A DNA stretch of 34,552 nucleotides from a bacterium (GCA_024278215.1 JAJRTR010000152.1:1-34552); one strand, 5' to 3'; counted from the first letter of the stretch, positions 25,408-34,552 are shown. Numbers and translations: made by a program. Notes: generated from the letters alone by a model not told the origin.

Positions 25408-27012
25408 TTATTCCGTAATGTTGCCGACAGCGCTTCTCACCAGTCCGCCCACCGGCCCTGCATTAGTTTCGTTGACAACTTCGTGCGTCAGTCCCATTTC
25501 GTTGGCCGGGAGAATATCCTCGATGTTCGGGATATTCATAGAGTCCGCCGTCCGCCGCACGCCCCTGCCGGAGACATCTTCGCCCGCCCGGCTGCCCGCG
25601 AGCAGCACGTTGCCGCTTGCTACGTATTCATACTGGAATGGTTGGTCGGGCAGGTGTGCCACCATTTCCGGCGACAGCTCGAGTGCCGCAAGCTGTTCGC
25701 CGCGACCGCCGAAATACTCCTCGAGTCCGTTGTACAGGCCGCGCGCCGCGTTTTCCCGGAACGTGTCGTCTGTCAGCAGTTCGATCTCGTCGGGGTGTGT
25801 CATGAATCCAATCTCGACAAGTGTGGCTCTCATGCGCGTGTGGGTCAGCACAACATATTTCCTGTCATATATGCCCCAGTCGCCTGTCGCAAGTGTTGCG
25901 GACAGCGCGTTTTTCATTATGCCTGCCAGTTTTTTACCGCCGGACTTATAGTGAAACGTCTGTATTCCGCGTATGTATTGTTTGTATTGATGCTTGGCGA
26001 GCGCGTTCGCGTGTATGCTGAGAAAGACTTTTGCGTGTTTGCGATTCGCCAGTTTAGCCCTGTCCTCGAGCGGCACGAATACATCCCTGTCGCGCGTCAT
26101 GATAACATTCGCGCCCGCCTTTTTCAGCAGCTCACGCAGCCTCAGTCCGACATTTAGAACGATCTCCTTCTCGTCGGGATAGCCGGCGACCTGCGCGCCA
26201 GGGTCTTTGCCGCCGTGGCCGGGGTCGATGCAGACTGTTTTTTTGTAGAGCGACGCCTGAAAAACCGATACGATTATTTTTTTGCCGCCATCTCGTTTTT
26301 CAACTTCGATTTTCGCAGGCAGCGCCGTGTCCACAACCATTCTTGTCACGTAAGGATCGCTTTTGAAACGCGACACACGCACCCGCTCGGCGAGTCCTTC
26401 TTCTATCTTGTAGACCATGCTGCTCTTGCGCGGCACATAATCTTTAAAGTCGAGAACGAACCGCGGCGGGTCGATGACCTGTTCCTTTGTGAACTCGGCT
26501 GCCGCGCCGAGCGGAATGACTATCTCCACTCTGTCTTTCAGTTTTTTTATCATAAGGTCCGGAAACTGTTTCGAAACCAGCGGTTCCGTAACTTCCACCG
26601 TTCCGGCTTTTTCATCCAGGACAACATTCGGCTCGATATTTGTTTTCAGGTCGAAGACGATGCGGACGATATCCGGATTGCGGCTGTTCTGGGCGAGCCT
26701 GATCCTGCGTATGCCTCGTGTGTCGGTTTCGATAGACTTTTTGCCGCCGACGAGCAGAGCGCCGGTCACATCGACGACAAGGCGGCGTGGATGGTCGACA
26801 TAGAATGAATTCATTGCGGCGGGTCCGCGAAAATCAAAACGGGCCGACACCCTACCGCCAGTTGTGGAAACGGAAATTGCCGCGTGAACACCGCCCGCCG
26901 CGGATGAACTCCGGGGACACACTGCAACCGCCGCAATAAAAACAGCAGCAGCTACAAGCGCCCGCAAAAGTAAAGATCGGGGTAAAAACGTGTGGTTGTT
27001 GTTGCAGAACAT
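25408..27012 (-). CDS. N-acetylmuramoyl-L-alanine amidase (signal peptide, two AMIN domains, Amidase_3)
   Basis: PRRLVVDV and PPRFVLDF AMIN repeats; IDPGHGGKDPGA, EKEIVL, SIHAN, LVEIGF. Start moved from 27069 to 27012 because the longer ORF overlaps tmRNA. Confidence 0.92.
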   Translation of the reverse strand: MFCNNNHTFLPRSLLLRALVAAAVFIAAVAVCPRSSSAAGGVHAAISVSTTGGRVSARFDFRGPAAMNSFYVDHPRRLVVDVTGALLVGGKKSIETDTRGIRRIRLAQNSRNPDIVRIVFDLKTNIEPNVVLDEKAGTVEVTEPLVSKQFPDLMIKKLKDRVEIVIPLGAAAEFTKEQVIDPPRFVLDFKDYVPRKSSMVYKIEEGLAERVRVSRFKSDPYVTRMVVDTALPAKIEVEKRDGGKKIIVSVFQASLYKKTVCIDPGHGGKDPGAQVAGYPDEKEIVLNVGLRLRELLKKAGANVIMTRDRDVFVPLEDRAKLANRKHAKVFLSIHANALAKHQYKQYIRGIQTFHYKSGGKKLAGIMKNALSATLATGDWGIYDRKYVVLTHTRMRATLVEIGFMTHPDEIELLTDDTFRENAARGLYNGLEEYFGGRGEQLAALELSPEMVAHLPDQPFQYEYVASGNVLLAGSRAGEDVSGRGVRRTADSMNIPNIEDILPANEMGLTHEVVNETNAGPVGGLVRSAVGNITE

Positions 27013-27029
27013 ATATCCCGGGGGCAGAA

Positions 27030-27376
27030 TGGAGGCGGCGGGAATTGAACCCGCGTCCGAAGAATCCAATAAAACAGCTTCTACAGCTTAGTTCGCGTTT
27101 TGAATGTTTCGGTCCACGGAACCCCCGCGAACAGGGTTTCCGCTTGCCCTATCCCGGTTTGTCTTTCGCTTCCCTACCGGGCATTGGGAAACGGCATCCG
27201 ACCTAACGGCGCCTATCCGGAATCGGTCGGTATAGACCGGTAGACGTCACTGCATCAAGCAGCGAGTGCTAATTCGTTGTTCGCACTTAACTTGGGTACC
27301 GCCGTTTTACGAGTCTGCGGAGAACTCGGCTGCCACTGAATCATTGTAGAAACCCCGTCGAGCCCTGAACGCCCCC
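27030..27376 (-). ncRNA. ssrA: tmRNA; tag peptide ANNELALAA* at 27284-27255
   Basis: 5' GGGGGCG pairs with 3' CGCCTCCA (G3-U70 alanine identity); T-arm GCGGGTTCAATTCCCGC; resume context TTAAGTGCGAA; 17 bp after smpB; CCA not encoded. Confidence 0.97.
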
Positions 27377-27393
27377 CTTTCATTATATGTATT

Positions 27394-27891
27394 TCATCCC
27401 CCCGAAATATTTATGTTCCGAGACCGCCTTTTCATTTCTCTGCCGGCCTCAAGTTTTGCCTGTCTATTGATAATGTCCTGTTTATGGTCATATTTTTTCT
27501 TACTTCTCGCAAGTCCTATCTCGACCTTCGCCCTGTTATTCTTAATGTACATACTCAGGGGCAGTATCGTCAACCCTTTTTTCTGAACTCTGTTGTCGAT
27601 CGACTTGATTTCGCGCTTGTGCAACAACAGTTTGCGTTCCCGCAATGGGTCGTGATTGTACAGATTACCGCTCTGTTTGTATTTCGCGATATGTGCGCCT
27701 ATCAGGAAAACTTCCCCGTCGCGCACTCGCACATAGCCGTCCTTGAGCCTCACTCCGCCTTTACGGGCAGACTTGATTTCCGATCCCGTCAGGACAATGC
27801 CGGCTTCATATCTATCGAGTATCTCGAAATCGAAGAACGCTTTCTTGTTCCGGTCGATACGTATAATGTCGCTTTTATCTTTCTTCGCCAT
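27394..27891 (-). CDS. smpB: SsrA-binding protein SmpB
   Basis: NKKAFFDFEILDRYEAGIVLTGSEIKS, NHDPLRERKLLLHKREI, KGLTILPL. Confidence 0.98.
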   Translation of the reverse strand: MAKKDKSDIIRIDRNKKAFFDFEILDRYEAGIVLTGSEIKSARKGGVRLKDGYVRVRDGEVFLIGAHIAKYKQSGNLYNHDPLRERKLLLHKREIKSIDNRVQKKGLTILPLSMYIKNNRAKVEIGLARSKKKYDHKQDIINRQAKLEAGREMKRRSRNINISGG

Positions 27892-27932
27892 GCGAACCCT
27901 TCAAGGCCTCCCTCAATACGATGGAATAGAAA

Positions 27933-29246
27933 TTACAGAATTTTCTTATGTGTAAATTTCCTCGCGTGCGGTCCCGTGTAGTCGTCAACAATCTGGCCCG
28001 TGCCCGACAACCTGTAATTGTAAATGATCAGCCCCTCGACCCCCACCGGGCCACGTGCATGTGTCTTATTCGTGCTTATCCCTATCTCCGCGCCCTTGCC
28101 GATCCGGAAGCCGTCGGAAAAACGTGTCGACGCGTTATGAAACACGCAGGCCGAGTCCACAGCGCTGAGAAACACCTTCGCGCGCGTCTTCTGTCTTGTC
28201 ACTATCGCGTCCGTATGTTTCGAGCCATAAGTGTTGATGTGCTCTATCGCTTCCTGCATACTTTCGACGATTTTTATCGAGATTATCATGTCGAGATATT
28301 CCGTGGACCAGTCTTCTTTTTTCGCCGCTTTAAGCCCTTTGATTATTTTTCTTGTTTTGGGGCATCCGCGCATCTCGACACCCGAATCACCAAACCAGCG
28401 TGCCATTTCCGGCAGGAACTTTTCAGCAACAGCCGCGTGCACGAGCAACGTTTCCGCCGCGTTGCAGGCTGCCGGATATTGTGTTTTCGAGTCGTGCGCG
28501 ATGCCTACCGCCTGGTTGATCGCGGCGGCTTTGTCCACATATACATGGCATATACCATCGGAGTGCCCCAGCACGGGGATGCGCGTGTTGTCCTGAATAT
28601 ACTTCACAAACGCATTGCTGCCGCGCGGCACGAGCAGATCTATGTAATCGTCGAGTTGCAGAATCCGGTTCACTTCCTCACGGGTTTCGATAAGCTGAAT
28701 CCAGCCGTCCGGGATGCCGCCCGCCTCTTTCGCCGCTTTTTCTATGATGCCTGTAATAACTTCGTTCGAGCGTCTCGCCTCGGTGCCGCCTTTGAGAATG
28801 ACCGCGTTGCCCGACTTGAGACAGAGCGAAGAAATCTGCGGCACCGCGTCGGGCCGCGCCTCGAACACCGCTCCGATCACACCTATCGGGCATGTCACCT
28901 GCTCGATGACAAGGTCTTTGTCCATTTCAACTTTGCTCAATATTTTCCCGACAGGATCGGGCAGTTTCGCTACGCTGACTACCCCTTCGGCCATGCCGCC
29001 GATCTTGTTGTCATCTACAATCAAGCGGTCGAGAAGGGCTTTTGTCATGCGGCCTGCTTTTACTTCTTTTTGCGCTTCAGCAACATCAGCCTCGTTCGCT
29101 TTCAGTATTTTTTCAGAGTTCGTGACAAGCGCTTCGGCAATTTTTTTAAGCGCGGTCCGCTTGCGGCTGTTCTTCACGCCCGCAAGCAGCAGCGCGGCCC
29201 GGCGCGCCTCTTTCGCCTTGCTTTCCACTGTTTTCTTTCTTGCCAT
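27933..29246 (-). CDS. proA: Gamma-glutamyl phosphate reductase ProA (ATG 29246 preferred; the ORF extends to 29291)
   Basis: PIGVIGAVFEARP, LKSGNAVILKGG, PRGS, ACNAAETLLVH, NASTRFSDG, ISTNKTHARGPVG. Confidence 0.97.
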   Translation of the reverse strand: MARKKTVESKAKEARRAALLLAGVKNSRKRTALKKIAEALVTNSEKILKANEADVAEAQKEVKAGRMTKALLDRLIVDDNKIGGMAEGVVSVAKLPDPVGKILSKVEMDKDLVIEQVTCPIGVIGAVFEARPDAVPQISSLCLKSGNAVILKGGTEARRSNEVITGIIEKAAKEAGGIPDGWIQLIETREEVNRILQLDDYIDLLVPRGSNAFVKYIQDNTRIPVLGHSDGICHVYVDKAAAINQAVGIAHDSKTQYPAACNAAETLLVHAAVAEKFLPEMARWFGDSGVEMRGCPKTRKIIKGLKAAKKEDWSTEYLDMIISIKIVESMQEAIEHINTYGSKHTDAIVTRQKTRAKVFLSAVDSACVFHNASTRFSDGFRIGKGAEIGISTNKTHARGPVGVEGLIIYNYRLSGTGQIVDDYTGPHARKFTHKKIL

Positions 29247-29343
29247 CTCCGCATCAACTCCCCGTGTCTCTTTTTTTATCTCTCTCGACAATCAGCAACC
29301 GAATAATATTGTGTGTTATCGAAAACCCGTAAAAATGCAAAGT

Positions 29344-30453
29344 TCAAAGCAGGGCGAGATCGTCGCGATGGACGACTTCGTCGGCTATTTTAAAACTAAG
29401 TATCTTTTCGATTTCGCCGGAGTGCCTGCCCATGATGTGTTCGATCTCGAGGGAAGAATAGTTGGTCAGGCCGTGCGCGACAGCCTGGCCCGCTTCCTCG
29501 CATATCTCGACACACGCGCCGTGCTCGAAATTCTTCTCCACCGCCACGATTCCACTCGCCAGCAGGCTTTTCCCTTTTTCGACCAGCGCGTCGCGCGCGC
29601 CGCTGTTAATAATTATACGACCTTCAGGTTTGCATCCGAAAGCAAGCCATTTCTTTTTGCTGTTCAGCGATGTCTCGTGCGGTACGAATAGCGTTCCTAT
29701 CTTTTCGCCGCCGGTGATTCGTTCGACGACACACGGTTCACGGCCCAGCGCGATGACCATGGGAATACCCGATTCCATCGCGGCCCGCGCTGCTTCGATC
29801 TTTGTCGCCATGCCGCCGAAACCGCCTCCGCGCTTCGGGCCGCCCGCAACTTCGACTATCCCGGGTGTTATCTCTTTCACTTCGGCATACATGGCCGCGT
29901 TGCCGTCGAGGCGCGGGTCTCCGTGATACAGGCCTTCAACATCTGAAAGCAGTATAAGCAGGTCGGCGTCTACGAGTATCGCCGCTGTTGCGCTCAGAGT
30001 GTCGTTGTCGCCGAATTTTATTTCTTCGAAAGCCACCGTGTCGTTTTCATTTATTATCGGGACGGCGCGATGAGCGAGCAGGATGCGCAGAGTGTTGCGG
30101 GCGTTGAGATATTTTTTGCGCATATTCATGATGTCGGGAGTGAGCAGAACCTGCGCGGTGACGATGCCGTGCCGCGCGAAAAGCTCGGTGTATTGCGCGA
30201 TAAGCAGTCCCTGTCCGACAGCGGCGGCGGCCTGTTGCTGATTGATGCTCATGCGCTCGCGCGACAGGTCCAGAAGCGGCGCACCCGTCCTGATGGCACC
30301 GGAGGAAACGAGCGCGATCTCGTGTCCGCGCCCATGCAGGCGCGCGAGACCGGCGACGAAGTCCGCGAGGAACTCCGCGTCTACGGCACCGTCTCCGCCG
30401 GAGAGCACCCGGCTCCCTATTTTCACTATTATACGTTTTGTGTTTGTTTCCAT
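29344..30453 (-). CDS. proB: Glutamate 5-kinase ProB (with PUA domain)
   Basis: RIIVKIGS, VSSGAI, AAAAVGQ, PIINENDTV, FGDNDTLSA, GGMATKIEAA, SLLASGI. Confidence 0.98.
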   Translation of the reverse strand: METNTKRIIVKIGSRVLSGGDGAVDAEFLADFVAGLARLHGRGHEIALVSSGAIRTGAPLLDLSRERMSINQQQAAAAVGQGLLIAQYTELFARHGIVTAQVLLTPDIMNMRKKYLNARNTLRILLAHRAVPIINENDTVAFEEIKFGDNDTLSATAAILVDADLLILLSDVEGLYHGDPRLDGNAAMYAEVKEITPGIVEVAGGPKRGGGFGGMATKIEAARAAMESGIPMVIALGREPCVVERITGGEKIGTLFVPHETSLNSKKKWLAFGCKPEGRIIINSGARDALVEKGKSLLASGIVAVEKNFEHGACVEICEEAGQAVAHGLTNYSSLEIEHIMGRHSGEIEKILSFKIADEVVHRDDLALL

Positions 30454-31466
30454 TATTTCGACGCGCTTCCTTCTTCTTCAGTCCGGGCAGTCAGCACTTC
30501 GAGTTCGGCGATCAGTTCATCTATTCCTTCACCGGTGTCGGCGGATACTCGTATCACCGTATCGCATTTTTCTATAAACATATTTATCTGTTCCACGTGG
30601 GCTTCGTCCAGCAAGTCGATTTTATTTATCACGGCGAGTTCGCGTTTCCGTGAAAAGTCGGGATCGAACTCCGACACTTCCCGCCGAAGTATCCCGAGTT
30701 GATCGGAAAGGGAAACGCCCTCATGTTCGAAAGGGTCGAGCAGATAGAGGATAACGCGGGTTCTGTTCAGGTGAATCAGGAAGTAATTTCCGACGCCCCT
30801 GCCTTCCGACGAGCCTTTAATGATGGCCGGCAGATCGAGAATCTTAACGGAAGTGTATGGATTTATAATCAGCACGCCAAGATGGGGAGATAGGGTAGTG
30901 AAGGGGTAATGGCCGATTTTAGTTTTTGATCTTGTGAGCCTGGAAACGAGCGCGGATTTGCCTGAGCCGGGGAAGCCGAGCAGGGCAACGTCGGCGGGGA
31001 TGCTGAAGACGAGTTCGAGCAACCGCTCTTCGCCGGGTTCGCCGGGCTCGAATTCACGCGGCGTGCGGTTTTGGGGTGTTGCGAAGTGGCAATTGCCACG
31101 TCCGCCGGCACCGCCGGCCGCGACCATAATCTTATCGCCGGGTTCGATAATTTCGCCAATGAGTGTTCCGGTTTCCTGGTCGTATACTGAAGTTCCCGGC
31201 GGCACATCAATGAACACGTCGTCGCCGTGGCGACCGTGTTTTTTCGCGCCCGCGCCCTGTCGGCCCGCGCCGCCTTTATAGAGAGCTTTGTTTCTGATTT
31301 GTTCGAGTGAAGGGAGTTTTTCTTTGAACCTGATGAAGACGTTCCCGCCGCGCCCGCCGTCGCCGCCGTCGGGGCCGCCCCGTGGAATAAATTTCTCGCG
31401 GCGGAAACTGATGCAGCCGTCTCCGCCCCTGCCCGACCTGACTTTTATCGCCACGCGATCACGCAT
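30453..31466 (-). CDS. obg: Obg/CgtA family GTPase, divergent, with no C-terminal extension
   Basis: Gly-rich Obg fold (GRGGDGCISFRREKFIPRGGPDGGDGGRGG), YPFTTL, NKID; G1 reads GFPGSGKS and G3 reads DLPA; TAATG overlap with proB. Confidence 0.9.
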   Translation of the reverse strand: MRDRVAIKVRSGRGGDGCISFRREKFIPRGGPDGGDGGRGGNVFIRFKEKLPSLEQIRNKALYKGGAGRQGAGAKKHGRHGDDVFIDVPPGTSVYDQETGTLIGEIIEPGDKIMVAAGGAGGRGNCHFATPQNRTPREFEPGEPGEERLLELVFSIPADVALLGFPGSGKSALVSRLTRSKTKIGHYPFTTLSPHLGVLIINPYTSVKILDLPAIIKGSSEGRGVGNYFLIHLNRTRVILYLLDPFEHEGVSLSDQLGILRREVSEFDPDFSRKRELAVINKIDLLDEAHVEQINMFIEKCDTVIRVSADTGEGIDELIAELEVLTARTEEEGSASK

Positions 31467-31517
31467 AATTACTCACCTGACTTTGCGATATGACGCACGG
31501 CGAAATGGTCTGTCTGT

Positions 31518-31820
31518 TTATTTGTCTACGATCATCTCGTCGACCAGGCCGGCCTTTACCGCTTCAGGTATCGAACCGACGATGTCTGTAACCCTGAGGG
31601 CGAACTTCCCATCGATGACCATGACCTCGCCTCGCGCGACGATTTTTTTGTTGACAAGGAAATCGATCCTGTCGCCCGTGTTGGTTTCGAGTTCAATTAT
31701 CGAGCCCGGTTTCAGTTCAAGGATGTCCTTGAACATTCTCATCGTCCGGCCAAGTTCCACCGAGACATTCATATCAACATCTTTGATTATGTCCAGCTTT
31801 TCCGATGTTCTCTCAGTCAA
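31518..31820 (-). CDS. fliN: Stand-alone FliN (SpoA domain) protein
   Basis: LDIIKDVDMNVSVELGRT...GSIIEL...VARGEVMVIDGKFALRVTDI; SD GGAGGTG before a TTG start. Confidence 0.9.
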   Translation of the reverse strand: MTERTSEKLDIIKDVDMNVSVELGRTMRMFKDILELKPGSIIELETNTGDRIDFLVNKKIVARGEVMVIDGKFALRVTDIVGSIPEAVKAGLVDEMIVDK

Positions 31821-31889
31821 AAAGCCACCTCCGAAGTTGTATCGGACCAGTTTTTCCGGCTGGAGTACTTTCGTATTCCATCCTTGAAT

Positions 31890-31918
31890 AAGTTAACATA
31901 TCCGCCGCTTACGCGCAA
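31890..31918 (-). promoter_or_regulatory. Putative sigma70 promoter for fliN-obg-proB (TTGCGC-N17-TAACTT with extended TG)
   Basis: Spacing and the TGn motif fit; located in the rpsA-fliN gap. Confidence 0.4.
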
Positions 31919-31994
31919 GTGAAGTTTCATAATATGGATAGTATTCTGAATATCCGCCGGCTGAAAACTGTGCATCAACTGAAAAAACCGGCGA

Positions 31995-33176
31995 TTATTT
32001 TTCCTGCTCGTCCAGAGCGCCGTCGAGCGCGTCGCCGATTGTGAACGAACTCTTGCCGTCGTCTATATACTGCTTCATTTCCTTCGGCACATTCGCCGCG
32101 AGCGCCGCGACCAGGCCGAGTTTGATCCTCTTGTTTTCCTGATCTATATTAAGGATTTTCACCTTGATCTCTTCGCCGACATTCAGTTTTGCACGGTTGC
32201 CGCTCATCGAAGCCTGTATCTCACTTATGTGGAGCAGTCCTTCGAAATCCTTGTTCAGCCTGATAAAAGCGCCGAACTTCACAACCTTGGAAACTGTTCC
32301 TTTTATAACTTCATCTATAGAGAAAGTCTGTGTTATCGAATTCCAGGGGTCTTCTGTGGCTTCCTTGAGACTGAGTGATATTTTCTTTGCTTCTTCATCG
32401 ACGTTTAGCACTTTGACATTGATGACGTCGCCACAGGAAAGCACCTGCGAAGGATGCCCGACGCGGTTCCACGCGAGTTCGGATATGTGCACGAGCCCCT
32501 CGACACCGCCTACATCGACAAACGCGCCGAAGTTTGTGAGCCGGGTAACTTTCCCCTCGATGATGGAGTCGATTTCGATGTTTGCGAAGAATTCGGACTC
32601 CTTCTCGGCGAGTTCACGCTTGCGAAGTTCGCGGTGGGAAACGACAATGTTTTCGCTGTCAGGATTTATCTCGATGATGACGACTCGCAGCGGTTTGTCC
32701 TTGAGTTCGGCGTCGAAGTCGTTGACCTGCAGGCCAAGATGAGAACCCGGCAGGAAAGCATGGCGCGATACACCGACGTCAAGTCGATATCCGCCCTTGA
32801 CCTGCTGCTTGACGATGCCCTCGATGGGCTCCTTTTCTTCGTGCTGCCGTATGAGTTCTTCCCAGCGTCTTCTGTCGAGAACACTCTCGTAAGACAGATA
32901 TATGTCTTCGCCCGCTATGCGGTCGACCATTACCTCGACTTCGTCGTCGAGCTTATAGCCAACTTCGCCTTCGGGGCTATCTTTGAACTCCTCGACCGGG
33001 ATGCGGCCTTCGGACTTGAATCCCGTGCTGACATAAACATATTCATCATCAACCTTGGAAACTCTGCCGAGGATGATGTCTCCAACCGCCAGGTTGAAGG
33101 GCATCGCCATCGCCGTAGTCAGGGGCGTGCCGAAAAACTCATCTTCTATCTTGCCTTTGTTGCCGTCGTCTGCCAT
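31995..33176 (-). CDS. rpsA: 30S ribosomal protein S1 (short form, four S1 domains)
   Basis: GFKSEGRIP, AFLPGSH, FGAFVDVGGVEGLVHISELAW, FGAFIRL...EGLLHISEI; SD GGAGG. Confidence 0.9.
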   Translation of the reverse strand: MADDGNKGKIEDEFFGTPLTTAMAMPFNLAVGDIILGRVSKVDDEYVYVSTGFKSEGRIPVEEFKDSPEGEVGYKLDDEVEVMVDRIAGEDIYLSYESVLDRRRWEELIRQHEEKEPIEGIVKQQVKGGYRLDVGVSRHAFLPGSHLGLQVNDFDAELKDKPLRVVIIEINPDSENIVVSHRELRKRELAEKESEFFANIEIDSIIEGKVTRLTNFGAFVDVGGVEGLVHISELAWNRVGHPSQVLSCGDVINVKVLNVDEEAKKISLSLKEATEDPWNSITQTFSIDEVIKGTVSKVVKFGAFIRLNKDFEGLLHISEIQASMSGNRAKLNVGEEIKVKILNIDQENKRIKLGLVAALAANVPKEMKQYIDDGKSSFTIGDALDGALDEQEK

Positions 33177-33226
33177 TACTAAAAACCTCCTGGAACGCCA
33201 CGCGGCGCCCTTTTTTCAATCCCGCA

Positions 33227-33255
33227 ATTCTACATTAAAGATATTAAAAAAACAA
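33227..33255 (-). promoter_or_regulatory. Putative sigma70 promoter for rpsA (TTGTTT-N17-TAGAAT)
   Basis: Hexamers with a 17-bp spacer and an A-rich upstream region. Confidence 0.5.
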
Positions 33256-33342
33256 TCTTATTTTTTAAGTATTTTTTTTTGCGCCGCAATTACCACGCGC
33301 ATACTGTTCGAATACCGTTATTGCACACCATCAGCCGGGCGC

Positions 33343-34552
33343 TCAGAAAGCGACAAGGTCCACCGTATTGATATGCTTGTATTTCTTTATCTCCTCGAGC
33401 AATTTTTCCGGCACCTCGTCGTCTACGTTTATCACCATGAGCGCCTCGCCGCGAACAGTCTCCCGGCCCACCTGCATGCCCGCGATATTGATGTCGTTGT
33501 TGCCGAGCACCGTGCCGACTTTGCCGATGACGCCCGGCTGGTCCTTGTGCATCGAGAGCACACAGAGCCCTTCCGGCGCGAGGTCGAACGTGTAGCCGTC
33601 GATATTCACTATGCGCGGCTCGCCCGTTACCGAAAGCGTGCCCGCCACCGTGTGTTTCGACTTGCCGGTGCGCACTTCCGCCACGATCAGGTCGATAAAG
33701 CGCGTGCGGCGGTCCACACTCGATTCCGTTATCTCGACACCGCGTTCCTTCAACAGTATCGGCGCGTTCACTATGTTGACTTCTTCAAATCTTGTTTTCA
33801 GCAGCCCGATAAGGAAATTTCTCGTTACCAGACCGGTCTCCATCGTGGAAATTCCGCCTTCATACTTTATGGTGATCGAAGAGATAGAACCTTTCATAAT
33901 CGCCGCGTGCAGGATGCCGATCTTATTGGCCAGCTTGAAAAACGGCTGATGCGATTCAAGTATCTCCGCGCTGATAGAAGGCATGTTTACGGCCGACGCC
34001 GGGAACTTGCCGTCGAAGAATTCGAGCACCTGACCCGCGACGTCCGTCGCGACATTCAACTGCGCTTCCACGGTAGACGCGCCGAGGTGCGGCGTGAGTA
34101 CAACATTGGGATTCGACAGTAGCGCGCTGTCTTCGGGCGGCGGTTCGGTTTCGTAGACATCGAGCGCGGCGCCGGCCACTTTGCCTTTTTCGAGCGCGGC
34201 CAGAAGCGCTTCTTCATCAATGACACCGCCACGCGAGCAGTTGACGATCCGCACTCCTTTTTTCATCTTTGCAAACTGCGGCGCGGCTATAAGGTGATGT
34301 GTCCTCGGCGACTTGGGTACGTGTATTGTTATGTAATCGGATTTCTTCAGTAGCGCGTTCATCGAGACGAGCGACGCGCCGCACCGGGCCGCTTCTTCTT
34401 CGCTGACTACCGGGTCGTATACAAGCACTTTCATACCGATGCCCGCGGCGTCTTTGCAGACGAGTTTGCCGATTTTACCCGCACCGATAACGCCGAGCGT
34501 TTTTCCGGCAAGCTGTGTGCCCACAAATTTTTTGCGGTCCCAGCGCCCTTCG
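33343..34552 (-). CDS. serA: D-3-phosphoglycerate dehydrogenase SerA, long type with ASB and ACT domains (5' end outside the window)
   Basis: GKTLGVIGAGKIG, VNCSRGG, AALDVYETEPP, TPHLGASTVEAQ, C-terminal HKDQPGVIGKVGTVLGNNDINIAGMQVGR. Confidence 0.96.
   Translation of the reverse strand, partial: EGRWDRKKFVGTQLAGKTLGVIGAGKIGKLVCKDAAGIGMKVLVYDPVVSEEEAARCGASLVSMNALLKKSDYITIHVPKSPRTHHLIAAPQFAKMKKGVRIVNCSRGGVIDEEALLAALEKGKVAGAALDVYETEPPPEDSALLSNPNVVLTPHLGASTVEAQLNVATDVAGQVLEFFDGKFPASAVNMPSISAEILESHQPFFKLANKIGILHAAIMKGSISSITIKYEGGISTMETGLVTRNFLIGLLKTRFEEVNIVNAPILLKERGVEITESSVDRRTRFIDLIVAEVRTGKSKHTVAGTLSVTGEPRIVNIDGYTFDLAPEGLCVLSMHKDQPGVIGKVGTVLGNNDINIAGMQVGRETVRGEALMVINVDDEVPEKLLEEIKKYKHINTVDLVAF

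Noticed and set aside
26990..27060. Genomic island integrated at the tmRNA 3' end
   Set aside because: No integrase and no duplicated ssrA 3' end seen in the window.
27013..27069. N-terminal extension of the amidase ORF (MDSSDAGSIPAAS...)
   Set aside because: It is the tmRNA T-arm and acceptor stem read as codons.
27948..29306. 452-aa + strand ORF
   Set aside because: Antisense shadow of proA with no recognisable motifs. The same applies to 5823-6848, 15192-16130, 28714-29691, 33055-34122 and the other + strand ORFs.
1..34552. CRISPR array, tRNA, rRNA, prophage or transposase genes
   Set aside because: No regularly spaced repeats, cloverleafs (other than the tmRNA tRNA-like domain) or such proteins were seen.

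Overview
All supported genes lie on the minus strand. Positions 1 to ~24.5 kb hold a flagellar basal-body, hook and export cluster, in transcription order: flgC-fliF-fliG-fliH-fliI-fliJ-lytic transglycosylase-FlbB/YlxF-like-fliK-flgD-'flagellar operon protein' (TIGR02530-like)-flgE (1015 aa)-Maf-like gene-flbD-fliL-fliM-fliY-like-fliO-fliP-fliQ-fliR-flhB-flhA (truncated by the left edge). flgB, fliE and motAB are missing from their usual slots. Upstream lie a small helical gene, an AMIN-domain amidase, tmRNA (tag ANNELALAA), smpB, proA, proB, a divergent obg, a stand-alone fliN, a 4-domain rpsA and the 3' part of serA. The gene set (FliY, FlbD, TIGR02530, short S1) suggests a non-proteobacterial lineage, but the taxon cannot be assigned from this alone. 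The most interesting leads: (1) a two-hairpin element between a possibly RelE/BrnT-fold flagellar protein and flgE, a candidate protein+RNA control module for the hook; (2) a very large hook protein with phage-baseplate-like beta inserts, paired with a long FliK and a FlgD with a duplicated domain; (3) a 184-bp MITE-like element with a 4-bp target duplication between fliR and flhB; (4) altered signature motifs in FlhB (NPIE), FliY (EACG) and Obg (DLPA). All family assignments come from motifs recognised by eye; no searches were run.
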